A stretch of 15,180 bases of DNA from a virus, in UHGV virus genome UHGV-0058267, one strand, 5' to 3'. Below the pieces are notes generated by a model, which was not told the origin of the DNA, made no database searches, and saw only the letters and a program-made list of their open reading frames with translations. Position 1 is the first letter of the stretch, and every line of letters begins with the position of its first letter. Positions 1 through 8,057 of this stretch are shown piece after piece. The position numbers and the translations under genes were made by a program.

Positions 1-231
1 CATTACGTCATGAGTGCAACCGCAGAGATCGGGCGTGTTGCTGCAGGTGCGGTATCTGGCGATGTAAAAACCAGTGCAGGTCGTCGTGATGCTATCAGCA
101 GCATTAACTCTGTAACACGACTGATGGCGCTGGCCGCTGTTTCATTGCAGGCCCGTTTACAGACTAATCCTGCGATGGCGAGTGCAGTTGATACCGTGAC
201 TGGCCTCGGTGCTTCATTCGGTTTGCTGTGA
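1..231 (+). CDS. C-terminal part of a phage regulatory CII-family protein (coliphage 186 CII / CP76-like). The 5' end lies outside the window.
   Basis: Frame 1 is open from base 1 to TGA at 229-231. The C-terminus ...SLQARLQTNPAMASAVDTVTGLGASFGLL matches my recollection of the 186 CII C-terminus. It sits at the head of a 186-type early operon. Confidence 0.55.
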   Translation, partial: HYVMSATAEIGRVAAGAVSGDVKTSAGRRDAISSINSVTRLMALAAVSLQARLQTNPAMASAVDTVTGLGASFGLL

Positions 232-238
232 GGTGCTT

Positions 239-535
239 ATGCTTACGAAAGAACCATCATTTGCATCGCTGCTGGTAAAACAAAGCCCGGCAATGCACTA
301 CGGTCACGGCTGGATCATGGGTGAGGATGGTAAACGCTGGCATCCGTGTCATTCACAAGATGAATTGCTGTCTGAATTGACCACGGGGAAACGGAGAAAG
401 TCAAAATGTATGCAGCGGAAAGTGAAGTGGTTTATCAGTTTCGTTACAGAGGGGAGAGTTATTCAGTACCTGAAGATGATTTGCTCTGTTGTTATCCGTC
501 GTTGTCGGGCGATGGCAGTTACTTTTTCACGCTAA
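239..535 (+). CDS. Fil-like (phage filamentation protein family) small early protein. The 3' end is uncertain because the ORF runs 130 nt into the next gene.
   Basis: ATG at 239 is preceded by GAGGTG (230-235). The N-terminus MLTKEPSFASLLVKQSPAMHYGHGWI... is the conserved start of P2/186-group Fil-like proteins as I recall them. Remembered family members are shorter than the 98 aa here. Confidence 0.45.
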   Translation: MLTKEPSFASLLVKQSPAMHYGHGWIMGEDGKRWHPCHSQDELLSELTTGKRRKSKCMQRKVKWFISFVTEGRVIQYLKMICSVVIRRCRAMAVTFSR

Positions 536-630
536 AGGATGGGACGTTTTTACGGGGAGAGCAGGTTAAAGAAACGATACGAAAAAATGTATCTCCTCTT
601 GAACGTTACCGTAATAACAAACAACGATAG
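406..630 (+). CDS. Conserved hypothetical P2/186 early-operon protein
   Basis: 74-aa ORF with ATG at 406 preceded by ACGGAGAAAG. It lies in the same orientation within the early gene string. No recognisable catalytic motif. Confidence 0.5.
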   Translation: MYAAESEVVYQFRYRGESYSVPEDDLLCCYPSLSGDGSYFFTLKDGTFLRGEQVKETIRKNVSPLERYRNNKQR

Positions 631-652
631 TTGCGTTTTGGGGATATGAATT

Positions 653-994
653 ATGGCAATTAATGGCGCTGCGGCGACTGTTCCATTAAGCCCCGGTGAA
701 CGCCTGAATGGACTTAATCACATTGCGGAGCTAAGGGCGAAAGTTTTTGGCCTGAATATTGAGTCAGAGCTTGAGCGGTTTATTAAAGATATGCGTGATC
801 CACGGGATATCAATAACGAACAAAATAAACGGGCACTGGCTGCTATATTCTTTATGGCAAAAATTCCAGCTGAACGTCATAGCATCAGCATTAATGAGCT
901 GACCACTGACGAAAAGCGGGAGCTGATTAAAGCAATGAATCATTTTCGTGCAGTGGTGAGCTTATTTCCCAGACGGCTAACCATGCCGAATTAA
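653..994 (+). CDS. Conserved hypothetical P2/186 early-operon protein
   Basis: 113-aa ORF with ATG at 653 preceded by GGGGATATGAATT. Its composition is typical of coding sequence, and it occupies the position of the orf81/CP8x genes. Confidence 0.6.
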   Translation: MAINGAAATVPLSPGERLNGLNHIAELRAKVFGLNIESELERFIKDMRDPRDINNEQNKRALAAIFFMAKIPAERHSISINELTTDEKRELIKAMNHFRAVVSLFPRRLTMPN

Positions 995-1061
995 CCAACT
1001 AATGAAATTAATGGCGTAAACCCGCCGGGCATCCCTTTATCTAAATTCAGGAGAATTGATT

Positions 1062-1295
1062 ATGCGTAATATTGAAACCCTCACGACTAAAACCGGACCG
1101 GATGATGCAGGGCTTAATATTTTACTGACAGAGGCTCGTCTGGAAGAACGCCGGGCAAGGGCTGAAGCAATGGCAGCTCGCCTTGATAGTCTGGCGTGTC
1201 ATATTACATCCCGCCAGCTAAACCACGTCGAAGCGGCAGAACTGCTGCGTGTGACTGCTGAAGCAATCCAGAACGAAGCGCAGGAGATCCACTAA
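1062..1295 (+). CDS. Small helical early protein (P2 orf82 / DUF2732-like)
   Basis: ATG at 1062 lies 9 nt after GGAG (1049-1052). The track start at 1056 is a TTG only 3 nt from the RBS. The stop overlaps the next start (TAATG at 1293-1297). Confidence 0.6.
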   Translation: MRNIETLTTKTGPDDAGLNILLTEARLEERRARAEAMAARLDSLACHITSRQLNHVEAAELLRVTAEAIQNEAQEIH

Positions 1296-1522
1296 TGGCT
1301 GATGCAATGGATCTCGTACAGCAGCGCGTTGAAGAAGAACGCCAGCGCCATATCCGTGCTGCCCGTGCCAAAACGCCGGGCGTGTCCCGCGTGCTTTGCA
1401 TTGAGTGTGAAGCGCCAATTCCGCCAGCACGCCGCCGCGCCATTCCAGGTGTGCAGCTTTGCATTACCTGTCAGGAAATCGCAGAACTGAAAGGCAAACA
1501 TTACAACGGAGGTGCTGTATGA
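1295..1522 (+). CDS. TraR/DksA-family C4 zinc-finger protein (P2 orf83-like)
   Basis: Contains CIECEAPIP...N...CITCQ, a four-cysteine finger with the family spacing. 75 aa. Translationally coupled on both sides (TAATG upstream, ATGA downstream). Confidence 0.85.
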   Translation: MADAMDLVQQRVEEERQRHIRAARAKTPGVSRVLCIECEAPIPPARRRAIPGVQLCITCQEIAELKGKHYNGGAV

Positions 1523-2376
1523 GCACCATCCTGAAATGGGCGGGAAATAAAACGGCCATTATGGCAGAACTGAAAAAATACCTTCCTGCTGGCCCGCGAC
1601 TGGTTGAACCTTTCGCGGGTTCCTGTGCTGTGATGATGGAGACGGATTACCCCAGCTATTTGGTTGCGGATATTAATCCTGATTTAATCAACCTCTATAA
1701 AAAGGTTGCCGCTGATTGTGAATCGTTTATATCTCGCGCCAGAGTTTTATTTGAGAACGCAAACAGGGAGATGGCTTATTACAACATAAGGCAGGAGTTT
1801 AATTACTCAACTGAAATTACTGATTTCATGAAAGCAGTATATTTCCTGTATCTCAATCGTCACGGTTACCGTGGTTTATGTCGCTATAACAAGAGCGGGC
1901 ATTTCAACATTCCCTACGGTAATTATAAAAATCCGTATTTCCCTGAAAAAGAAATTCGTGCATTTGCAGAAAAAGCCCAGCGGGCAACATTTATCTGCGC
2001 CAGCTTCGATGAAACGCTGGCAATGTTGCACGCGGGAGATGTGGTGTATTGCGATCCGCCGTATGACGGTACGTTTTCCGGCTATCACACTGATGGTTTC
2101 ACTGAAGATGACCAGTATCACCTGGCATCCGTTCTTGAACATCGGTCATCAGAAGGACATCCAGTCATTGTTTCTAACAGTGACACATCCCTGATCCGTT
2201 CGCTGTATCGCAATTTTACTCACCACTATATCAAGGTAAAACGCAGCATCGGTGTGGCAGCTGGCGAGGGTAAATCAGCAACAGAAATCATTGCTGTTTC
2301 CGGGCCGTGCTGCTGGATGGGATTTGATTATTCGCGTGGCGTGGATAGTTCTGCCGTGTACGGAGTACGTGTATGA
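1519..2376 (+). CDS. dam: Dam-type DNA N6-adenine methyltransferase (orphan; no partner endonuclease visible)
   Basis: Starts [11 protein letters not shown]. Carries the AdoMet motif EPFAGSCAV and the catalytic DPPY motif ([10 protein letters not shown]). ATG at 1519 overlaps the TraR stop (ATGA). The upstream extension to 1459 lies inside the TraR gene and is discounted. Confidence 0.9.
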   Translation: MSTILKWAGNKTAIMAELKKYLPAGPRLVEPFAGSCAVMMETDYPSYLVADINPDLINLYKKVAADCESFISRARVLFENANREMAYYNIRQEFNYSTEITDFMKAVYFLYLNRHGYRGLCRYNKSGHFNIPYGNYKNPYFPEKEIRAFAEKAQRATFICASFDETLAMLHAGDVVYCDPPYDGTFSGYHTDGFTEDDQYHLASVLEHRSSEGHPVIVSNSDTSLIRSLYRNFTHHYIKVKRSIGVAAGEGKSATEIIAVSGPCCWMGFDYSRGVDSSAVYGVRV

Positions 2377-4787
2377 GTCATGACGATATGAGCAACTCTA
2401 GCGGCTTTAACGAGGCCGCTGCAGCATTTTCATGGAACGGCCCGAAAAAGGCCATTAACCCTTATCTGGACCCGGCGGAAGTTGCGCCGGAGTCTGCACT
2501 TTCAAACCTGATCACTCTGTACGCTGCCGATAATGAGCAGGAACAGCTGCGCCGCGATGCACTGAGTGAGCAGGTCTGGGAGCGTTATTTCTTTAATGAA
2601 TCTCGTGATCCTGTCCAGCGCGAAATGGAGCAGGATAAGCTCATTAGCCGGGCAAAGCTGGCGCATGAACAGCAGCGTTTTAACCCGGACATGGTCATTC
2701 TGGCGGACGTCAGCGCCCAGCCCACCCATATTAGCAAGCAGCTGATGCAACGTATCGAATACTTCAGCAGCCTGGGCAGGCCAAAGGCTTATTCCCGCTA
2801 TTTGCGTGAGACGATTAAGCCATGTCTGGAGCGACTGGATTGTGTACGTGACAGTCAGCTGTCTGCTTCTTTCCGTTTTATGGCAAGCCATCAAGGGATG
2901 GAGGGCCTGCTGATCCTGCCTGAAATGAGTCAGGATCAGGTGAAACGCCTGTCCACCCTGGTAGCTGCGCATATGAGCATGTGCCTTGATGCAGCTTGTG
3001 GCGATTTGTATGCCACCGATGACGTTAAGCCAGAAGAAATCCGCAAGACATGGGAAAAGGTGGCGGCGGAAACCCTGCGTCTGGATGTCATCCCACCTGC
3101 GTTTGAGCAACTCCGTCGGAAAAGAAACCGCCGTAAACCCGTGCCCTATGAACTCATTCCGGGTTCGCTGGCGCGTATGTTGTGCGCCGACTGGTGGTAT
3201 CGGAAATTATGGAAGATGCGTTGCGAATGGCGGGAAGAGCAGTTGCGTGCTGTCTGCCTGGTCAGCAAAAAAGCATCTCCCTATGTCAGCTATGAAGCCG
3301 TGATGCATAAACGTGAGCAGCGCCGTAAGTCGCTGGAGTTTTTCCGTTCTCATGAACTGGTGAACGAAGACGGCGACACGCTGGACATGGAGGATGTGGT
3401 AAACGCCAGCAGCAGCAACCCTGCGCATCGCCGCAATGAGATGATGGCCTGTGTTAAAGGTCTGGAGCTTATCGCGGAAATGCGCGGTGACTGCGCCGTT
3501 TTCTACACTATCACCTGTCCGTCACGTTTCCATTCCACGCTCAACAACGGCAGACCCAACCCGACCTGGACAAATGCGACGGTAAGACAAAGCAGCGATT
3601 ATCTGGTCGGCATGTTTGCTGCATTTCGTAAGGCAATGCACAAAACCGGGTTGCGCTGGTATGGCGTGCGGGTGGCTGAGCCGCACCATGACGGTACTGT
3701 GCACTGGCATCTCATGTGCTTCATGCGTAAAAAAGACCGCCGCGCCATCACTGCATTACTGCGTAAGTTTGCCATCCGTGTAGACCGCGAGGAGCTGGGC
3801 AACAACACGGGGCCACGCTTTAAGTCTGAGCTGATTAACCCGCGCAAAGGAACACCGACAAGCTACATCGCGAAATACATCAGTAAGAACATTGACGGGC
3901 GTGGTCTGGCTGGCGAGATCAGCAAGGAAACGGGTAAATCCCTGCGTGATAACGCCGAATACGTTAATGCCTGGGCGTCTCTGCATCGTGTTCAGCAGTT
4001 CCGCTTCTTTGGTATTCCGGGACGTCAGGCTTACCGTGAACTTCGCTTGCTGGCTGGTCAGGCGGCAAGGCAACAGGGTGACAAAAAAGCAGGTGCGCCG
4101 ATACTGGATGACCCGCGCCTTGATGCCATCCTGGCTGCTGCTGATGCTGGTTGTTTTGCCACCTACATCATGAAGCAGGGCGGCGTACTGGTTCCCCGTA
4201 AATATCACCTTATCAGAACCGCTTATGAAATCAACGAAGAGCCGACCGCCTATGGCGATCACGGCATTCGTATTTATGGCATCTGGTCACCCATTGCAGA
4301 GGGCAAGATCTGCACTCATGCAGTGAAGTGGAAAATGGTTCGTAAGGCCGTTGACGTTCAGGAGGCGGTAGCCGACCAGGGCGCTTGCGCCCCTTGGACT
4401 CGTGGCAATAACTGTCCCCTTGCTGAAAATTTGAACCAACAGGAGAAAGATAAATCAGCAGATGGGGACCCCAGAACGGATATTATCAGCATGGATGACA
4501 AGGAGTTGCACGATTTCCTGCACAGTATGAGCAAAAAAGAGCGCCGGGAACTGGCAGAAAGGCTTCGCCTGGTTAAACCGATACGGCGTAAAGACTACAA
4601 ACAGCGAATTACAGACCATCAGCGACTGCAGCTCGTCTATGAGCTGAAGTCCAGAGGATTTGATGGTAGCGAGAAAGAGGTCGATTTACTCCTTCGCGGC
4701 GGCAGTATTCCGTCAGGAGCAGGCCTGCGTATCTTCTATCGGAACCAGCGTTTGCGGGAAGATGATAAGTGGCGGAACCTGTATTAA
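2373..4787 (+). CDS. A: P2 gpA-type replication initiation endonuclease (HUH rolling-circle nickase)
   Basis: 804 aa. HUH-type metal motif in [17 protein letters not shown], and paired catalytic tyrosines in [10 protein letters not shown] (the YxxxY of gpA). The start overlaps the dam stop (ATGA at 2373-2376). Confidence 0.95.
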   Translation: MSHDDMSNSSGFNEAAAAFSWNGPKKAINPYLDPAEVAPESALSNLITLYAADNEQEQLRRDALSEQVWERYFFNESRDPVQREMEQDKLISRAKLAHEQQRFNPDMVILADVSAQPTHISKQLMQRIEYFSSLGRPKAYSRYLRETIKPCLERLDCVRDSQLSASFRFMASHQGMEGLLILPEMSQDQVKRLSTLVAAHMSMCLDAACGDLYATDDVKPEEIRKTWEKVAAETLRLDVIPPAFEQLRRKRNRRKPVPYELIPGSLARMLCADWWYRKLWKMRCEWREEQLRAVCLVSKKASPYVSYEAVMHKREQRRKSLEFFRSHELVNEDGDTLDMEDVVNASSSNPAHRRNEMMACVKGLELIAEMRGDCAVFYTITCPSRFHSTLNNGRPNPTWTNATVRQSSDYLVGMFAAFRKAMHKTGLRWYGVRVAEPHHDGTVHWHLMCFMRKKDRRAITALLRKFAIRVDREELGNNTGPRFKSELINPRKGTPTSYIAKYISKNIDGRGLAGEISKETGKSLRDNAEYVNAWASLHRVQQFRFFGIPGRQAYRELRLLAGQAARQQGDKKAGAPILDDPRLDAILAAADAGCFATYIMKQGGVLVPRKYHLIRTAYEINEEPTAYGDHGIRIYGIWSPIAEGKICTHAVKWKMVRKAVDVQEAVADQGACAPWTRGNNCPLAENLNQQEKDKSADGDPRTDIISMDDKELHDFLHSMSKKERRELAERLRLVKPIRRKDYKQRITDHQRLQLVYELKSRGFDGSEKEVDLLLRGGSIPSGAGLRIFYRNQRLREDDKWRNLY

Positions 4788-4879
4788 TTACGCGGGTTAA
4801 CAATTCGTGCTCTAAATAATACCCGGTATATCAGGCTGATGAACGTAAAAAAACGTTTTACATCAGTAAGATTATTGTA

Positions 4880-4914
4880 TACTGTGAATATAAACAGTGG
4901 TTATATATACAGTA
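4880..4914. promoter_or_regulatory. LexA (SOS) operator: one near-consensus box plus an overlapping degenerate second box
   Basis: 4880-4899 reads TACTGTGAATATAAACAGTG, i.e. CTG-N10-CAG with an AT-rich spacer, against the consensus TACTG(TA)5CAGTA. 4895-4914 reads CAGTGGTTATATATACAGTA, i.e. GTG-N10-CAG with one mismatch in the CTG arm. Both lie 27-60 nt upstream of the ATG at 4941. Confidence 0.65.
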
Positions 4915-4940
4915 TTGCGTGTGGTGTCATAGGAGGAAAA

Positions 4941-5129
4941 ATGCAGGACTATTTTTTGGAGTCTTTGAAGCTCCAGCGCATTGATTTTTTTCTTAAGCTT
5001 GTCGCGGCTAGTGAGTGTAGTGATGAAGAGAAGGGGCTGGCTCTGCAGTGGGTTTCTGAATTGACTGATGAACTCATGGCAAAAATCAGAACTCACGAAT
5101 ACAACCGCTCAATGGATGTCATCAGTTGA
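4941..5129 (+). CDS. Small SOS-controlled protein of unknown function; possible antirepressor-type partner of the DinI-like gene
   Basis: 62 aa. ATG at 4941 is preceded by AGGAGGAAAA. The longer track ORF from 4839 would start upstream of the LexA boxes and promoter region, so it is discounted. Confidence 0.5.
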   Translation: MQDYFLESLKLQRIDFFLKLVAASECSDEEKGLALQWVSELTDELMAKIRTHEYNRSMDVIS

Positions 5130-5139
5130 GGTGACTTTT

Positions 5140-5373
5140 ATGCGCATTGAAATAATGATCGATAAAGAGCAGAAGATTAGCCAGTCTACCCTGGACGCCC
5201 TTGAATCCGAGCTTTACCGCAATCTGCGCCCCCTGTATCCCAAAACGGTAATTCGTATCCGAAAAGGTAGCTCTAACGGTGTGGAACTGACCGGACTGCA
5301 ACTGGACGAAGAAAGAAAACAAGTGATGAAAATTATGCAGAAGGTGTGGGAAGACGACAGCTGGCTGCATTAA
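5140..5373 (+). CDS. DinI-family protein (P2 orf91 / 186 SOS-operon type)
   Basis: 77 aa. MRIEIMIDKEQKISQSTLDALESELYRNL...WEDDSWLH has the length, N-terminal MR(I/V)E pattern and acidic Trp-containing C-terminus of DinI. RBS TGAGGTGA at 5127-5134. Confidence 0.85.
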   Translation: MRIEIMIDKEQKISQSTLDALESELYRNLRPLYPKTVIRIRKGSSNGVELTGLQLDEERKQVMKIMQKVWEDDSWLH

Positions 5374-5462
5374 GAAACGTTGCTGGCATCAGTACTTGAT
5401 TCTGAAGCCAGCAAGGTTGAACAACGAGCAGGGCGAGGCGTTAGTGTTATCATCAAAGAATT

Positions 5463-6020
5463 TCACATAAACATCTGGATTTGCTCGTTTTTTAGTTGGT
5501 TGATTTTTTCGCGCAATCTGATCTTTTCATCAGCTTTTTCCAAAGAGGCTGGTGACATGCAGTTAATCAAAGCGTCAAGGTGCTCTGGAGATTTGATAAT
5601 AAAGAACTTTTTGTATTTATTAACAAAAACGACAGAGCATTTTTTACGTTTAAGAAGCTCAATCACGTTACTCAGAGTACCCGTGCTCTTCGTATCCCAA
5701 ACCATTAATCCATAATCGGCTTCTTCTGCCATTTTGAGATCTTTCGCAGTGAAAAACGCGCGAGTGCCGGCTGCATGGCTAGTACTTACTACATGTACAG
5801 GCCATGAGCCAAGATTATTGCGCGGTTTTTCTGAGCTACTGAATACTGTGGCTTTTTCACATCCAAGTTCTAGCAATACGCGTTGAACAGATGAATCAAC
5901 ACCATTGGCATCACCAACTACAATACGAAAACGCGAGTTAACAATTTTTTTCAGACGATCCACGATGAGTGTGTCAAGGTTTTTGATGGTTATTGAACCA
6001 GCAACAAATACCGTAGTCAT
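5463..6020 (-). CDS. DprA/Smf-like (SLOG Rossmann-fold) protein; ShosA-like component
   Basis: Contains VFVAGS...RIVVGDANGVDSSVQ, the GxAxGxD nucleotide-binding signature of DprA/SLOG domains, and a C-terminal coiled-coil tail. ATG at 6020 lies 5 nt after GGAGATAG. The track start at 6032 is a TTG inside the upstream gene. The gene starts 2 nt after the PRTase stop. Confidence 0.7.
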   Translation of the reverse strand: MTTVFVAGSITIKNLDTLIVDRLKKIVNSRFRIVVGDANGVDSSVQRVLLELGCEKATVFSSSEKPRNNLGSWPVHVVSTSHAAGTRAFFTAKDLKMAEEADYGLMVWDTKSTGTLSNVIELLKRKKCSVVFVNKYKKFFIIKSPEHLDALINCMSPASLEKADEKIRLREKINQLKNEQIQMFM

Positions 6021-6022
6021 CA

Positions 6023-6604
6023 CTATCTCCAAGTCAAAGCTGCAACATAAATGCTTCTAACCTTAGTATAATCGTTTAGCACAGCACAAGCAGCCTCCAT
6101 AGATGCGCCTGTATGGTAGAGGTCGTCAATGATAAGGACATTCCAGTTGCCATTATTCTCAATACTGTCATTAACAGAGAACGAATTACCCAGCGCCGTG
6201 ATTTTCTCTTCTTTTGTATTCAGGTTCTTTAGCGAAGCCCCGCCGGGGGCTTTCAACAAGAGGTCATCGAAGCATGGTTTGCCAACTAGTTTGGCTAGTT
6301 CCTGAGCTATTTCGGTCACTGGCTGGCGTGCACGCTGATTAGATGCAGCCATTGGAACGATAAACCCGACATTGCTGAAATGAGGAAAGGCATGCTCTGC
6401 TAGGCATTGGGCTAAAGGCTTAACTTGTGACCAATCGTCACGGTATTTAAGCTGGAAAAGAGATTCGCCTACCTCAGTACGCTCAGTCTCAAACCGCATA
6501 TGTCCCCACTCATCGTAACCAATGGGAATGCTGCGGATGCTGTGTTTATCCATCGCAAGACCTAATTCCCAATTTCCAACAATCTGTTTTATGTTGACTT
6601 TCAT
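6023..6604 (-). CDS. ComF/GntX-like type I phosphoribosyltransferase; ShosT-like component
   Basis: PRPP-binding loop VLIIDDLYHTGASM (aa 156-169, acidic pair D160-D161). 193 aa. It is the first gene of a two-gene minus-strand operon. Confidence 0.8.
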   Translation of the reverse strand: MKVNIKQIVGNWELGLAMDKHSIRSIPIGYDEWGHMRFETERTEVGESLFQLKYRDDWSQVKPLAQCLAEHAFPHFSNVGFIVPMAASNQRARQPVTEIAQELAKLVGKPCFDDLLLKAPGGASLKNLNTKEEKITALGNSFSVNDSIENNGNWNVLIIDDLYHTGASMEAACAVLNDYTKVRSIYVAALTWR

Positions 6605-6875
6605 GGCTCACCGTTTGCTGTGTAAAACACCAAAGACTACCTCTTGTTATATTTGGTGAAAGCGAAAGTTTCATTTTTTGCAGTGGAGATCAAATGTTAC
6701 TCCGTGAACATTTTTAGCATGTGGCCTCGCTACACGGTTTGGCGTAACTACTGCATGTCTATACTGCATGAATCCGCATGATCGTTTAAGGATCGCTCTA
6801 GTTGGGGCCTGCTAGGTATGGCGGGCTTTTGCTTATGTCATGCAGGTGCATGAAAACCACTATATAAAGCGGGCA

Positions 6876-6894
6876 GGCGTGGCGGGGATACGAT
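6876..6894. other. Candidate cos cohesive-end sequence (186-like)
   Basis: GGCGTGGCGGGGATACGAT compared with the 186 cohesive end as I remember it, GGCGTGGCGGGGAAAGCAT: 16 of 19 identical, including the first 13. It lies between gene A and the portal gene, where P2-family cos sits. Confidence 0.55.
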
Positions 6895-6951
6895 TGCGCT
6901 CGCATCCTTTTCGTATTAATCTGATATCAATTTAAAACGAAGAGTTCGCAA

Positions 6952-8055
6952 ATGAAAATTATTTCAATATTTAATAATAAAGGTGGTGTAGGAAAATCCA
7001 CTCTTGGATACCATACTGCGCATGCATTGGCAGAGAAAGGTATTAAAACTTTAATGATTGACCTTGATCCACAGTCGAATCTCACTTTACAGTGTATTTC
7101 TCCTGAGGAGTTAGAAAAGTTATGGCTAGAAGAAGAGCCATTTATTGAGGACTTCCAATCAGCTTTAGAGGAAAGTAAACTTTCGTATCAAGATTTTTTG
7201 AGTAAGCCGAGAAGCATTCATTGCTTATTAAAACCAATAGAAGATGGCGTCTACGAATCTTCTTCACTAAGTTCTGTTTATGAGCTTAATGATAAATTAG
7301 GTATTATTCCAGGTCGTTTAAGTTTGCATAAATATGAGGATAAAATCGCGAAGGGTTGGAGTGATGCCTTCATGGGAGAACCTCAAGCACTGCGACTTAT
7401 TACCAGTATTAGGAACTTATGTCTAGAAGCAGAGGAAAAATTTGGTTATGAAATGGTAATAATAGACACATCTCCTAGTCTCGGTATGCTTAACAGAGTT
7501 ATCATTTCTACATCAACCGGATTTTTTGTCCCATGCATGCCCGATATGTTCTCCACCTTTGGGATTACTAACATAGGAGAGTCATTAAAGAATTGGAAAA
7601 ATCAGTTCGATACCATGTATAAACTTTTGCCTGATAAAAAGAGAAATGTTTTCCCTAAAAACTTCGTTAAGTTTTTAGGTTATACTATTTATAACGCGAA
7701 GAAATATGAAGGCAGAAATGAACTTGATTTAGCGACCGCGCATTACTCATATGTTCAGAAAATTCCCAATGTGATCAAAAAACACATTCCTCAAGAATGT
7801 TATCAAGAGCAAGATCTTGCAGACATTTCACAACCAATTGGTGGAAAATCAGTTATTCACTCGCATAATACTCTTCCTTCTATGTCTCAAAAGTATAGGG
7901 TGCCCATATGGAAAGTTCCTTTCATCCAATCCATGAGCGCAGAAGACAGAGCCACTGTTTCAGGTAATAGACAGACTTTTCTTGACAAGCAGCAGGCATA
8001 TAGTGATTTTGCCGATTCTCTTTTGGCTCGTATTGATAAGATTGGAGAAGAATAG
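6952..8055 (+). CDS. ParA/MinD-family (deviant Walker A) ATPase with a large acidic insertion and a C-terminal extension
   Basis: MKIISIFNNKGGVGKST carries the KGGxGK[ST] motif with signature K10 and K15. Walker A' is LMIDLDPQ and Walker B is YEMVIIDTSPS (D172). At 367 aa it is about 100 aa longer than a minimal ParA. The DNA is very AT-rich. Confidence 0.85.
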   Translation: MKIISIFNNKGGVGKSTLGYHTAHALAEKGIKTLMIDLDPQSNLTLQCISPEELEKLWLEEEPFIEDFQSALEESKLSYQDFLSKPRSIHCLLKPIEDGVYESSSLSSVYELNDKLGIIPGRLSLHKYEDKIAKGWSDAFMGEPQALRLITSIRNLCLEAEEKFGYEMVIIDTSPSLGMLNRVIISTSTGFFVPCMPDMFSTFGITNIGESLKNWKNQFDTMYKLLPDKKRNVFPKNFVKFLGYTIYNAKKYEGRNELDLATAHYSYVQKIPNVIKKHIPQECYQEQDLADISQPIGGKSVIHSHNTLPSMSQKYRVPIWKVPFIQSMSAEDRATVSGNRQTFLDKQQAYSDFADSLLARIDKIGEE

Positions 8056-8057
8056 TT

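Noticed and set aside
2502-3110. 202-aa minus-strand ORF inside gene A (similar cases at 3756-4262, 3207-3428 and 3599-3847)
   Set aside because: These ORFs are entirely antisense to the strongly supported gpA frame. They have no RBS and an Arg/Leu/Gln-rich shadow composition typical of antisense frames in GC-rich coding DNA.
4100-4787. Attempt to pinpoint the P2-type origin or gpA nick site inside the 3' part of gene A
   Set aside because: I cannot recall the nick-site sequence reliably enough to place it, and no distinctive repeat was evident by eye. It is left unannotated.
4839-4940. N-terminal extension of the small ORF (track start 4839) and a hairpin-like sequence CTGATGAACGTAAAAAAACGTTTTACATCAG
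   Set aside because: The extension would read through the LexA boxes and lacks an RBS. The hairpin has only short interrupted stems (CTGATG/CATCAG, AACG/CGTT), so a gpA terminator call is not justified.
5380-5414. Inverted repeat TTGCTGGC...GCCAGCAA between the convergent DinI-like and DprA-like genes, considered as a terminator
   Set aside because: The 8-bp stem has a 19-nt loop and no flanking T/A run, so it is too weak to call as an intrinsic terminator from sequence alone.
5380-5715. 111-aa plus-strand ORF after the DinI-like gene
   Set aside because: It starts with a non-ATG codon and lies antisense to the DprA/SLOG-like gene. Its product is hydrophobic low-complexity sequence from AT-rich DNA.
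6894-6920. Possible sigma-70 promoter for the ParA-RSH operon (TTGCGC ... TATTAAT)
   Set aside because: The spacer is only 14-15 bp and alternative hexamers are equally poor. The region is promoter-like, but no specific call is supportable.
6952-8055. ParA-like ATPase interpreted as a plasmid/prophage partition gene
   Set aside because: No ParB-like gene and no parS-like repeat array accompany it. The downstream, translationally coupled gene is an RSH enzyme. Partition remains a formal alternative and is listed as a refutation route.
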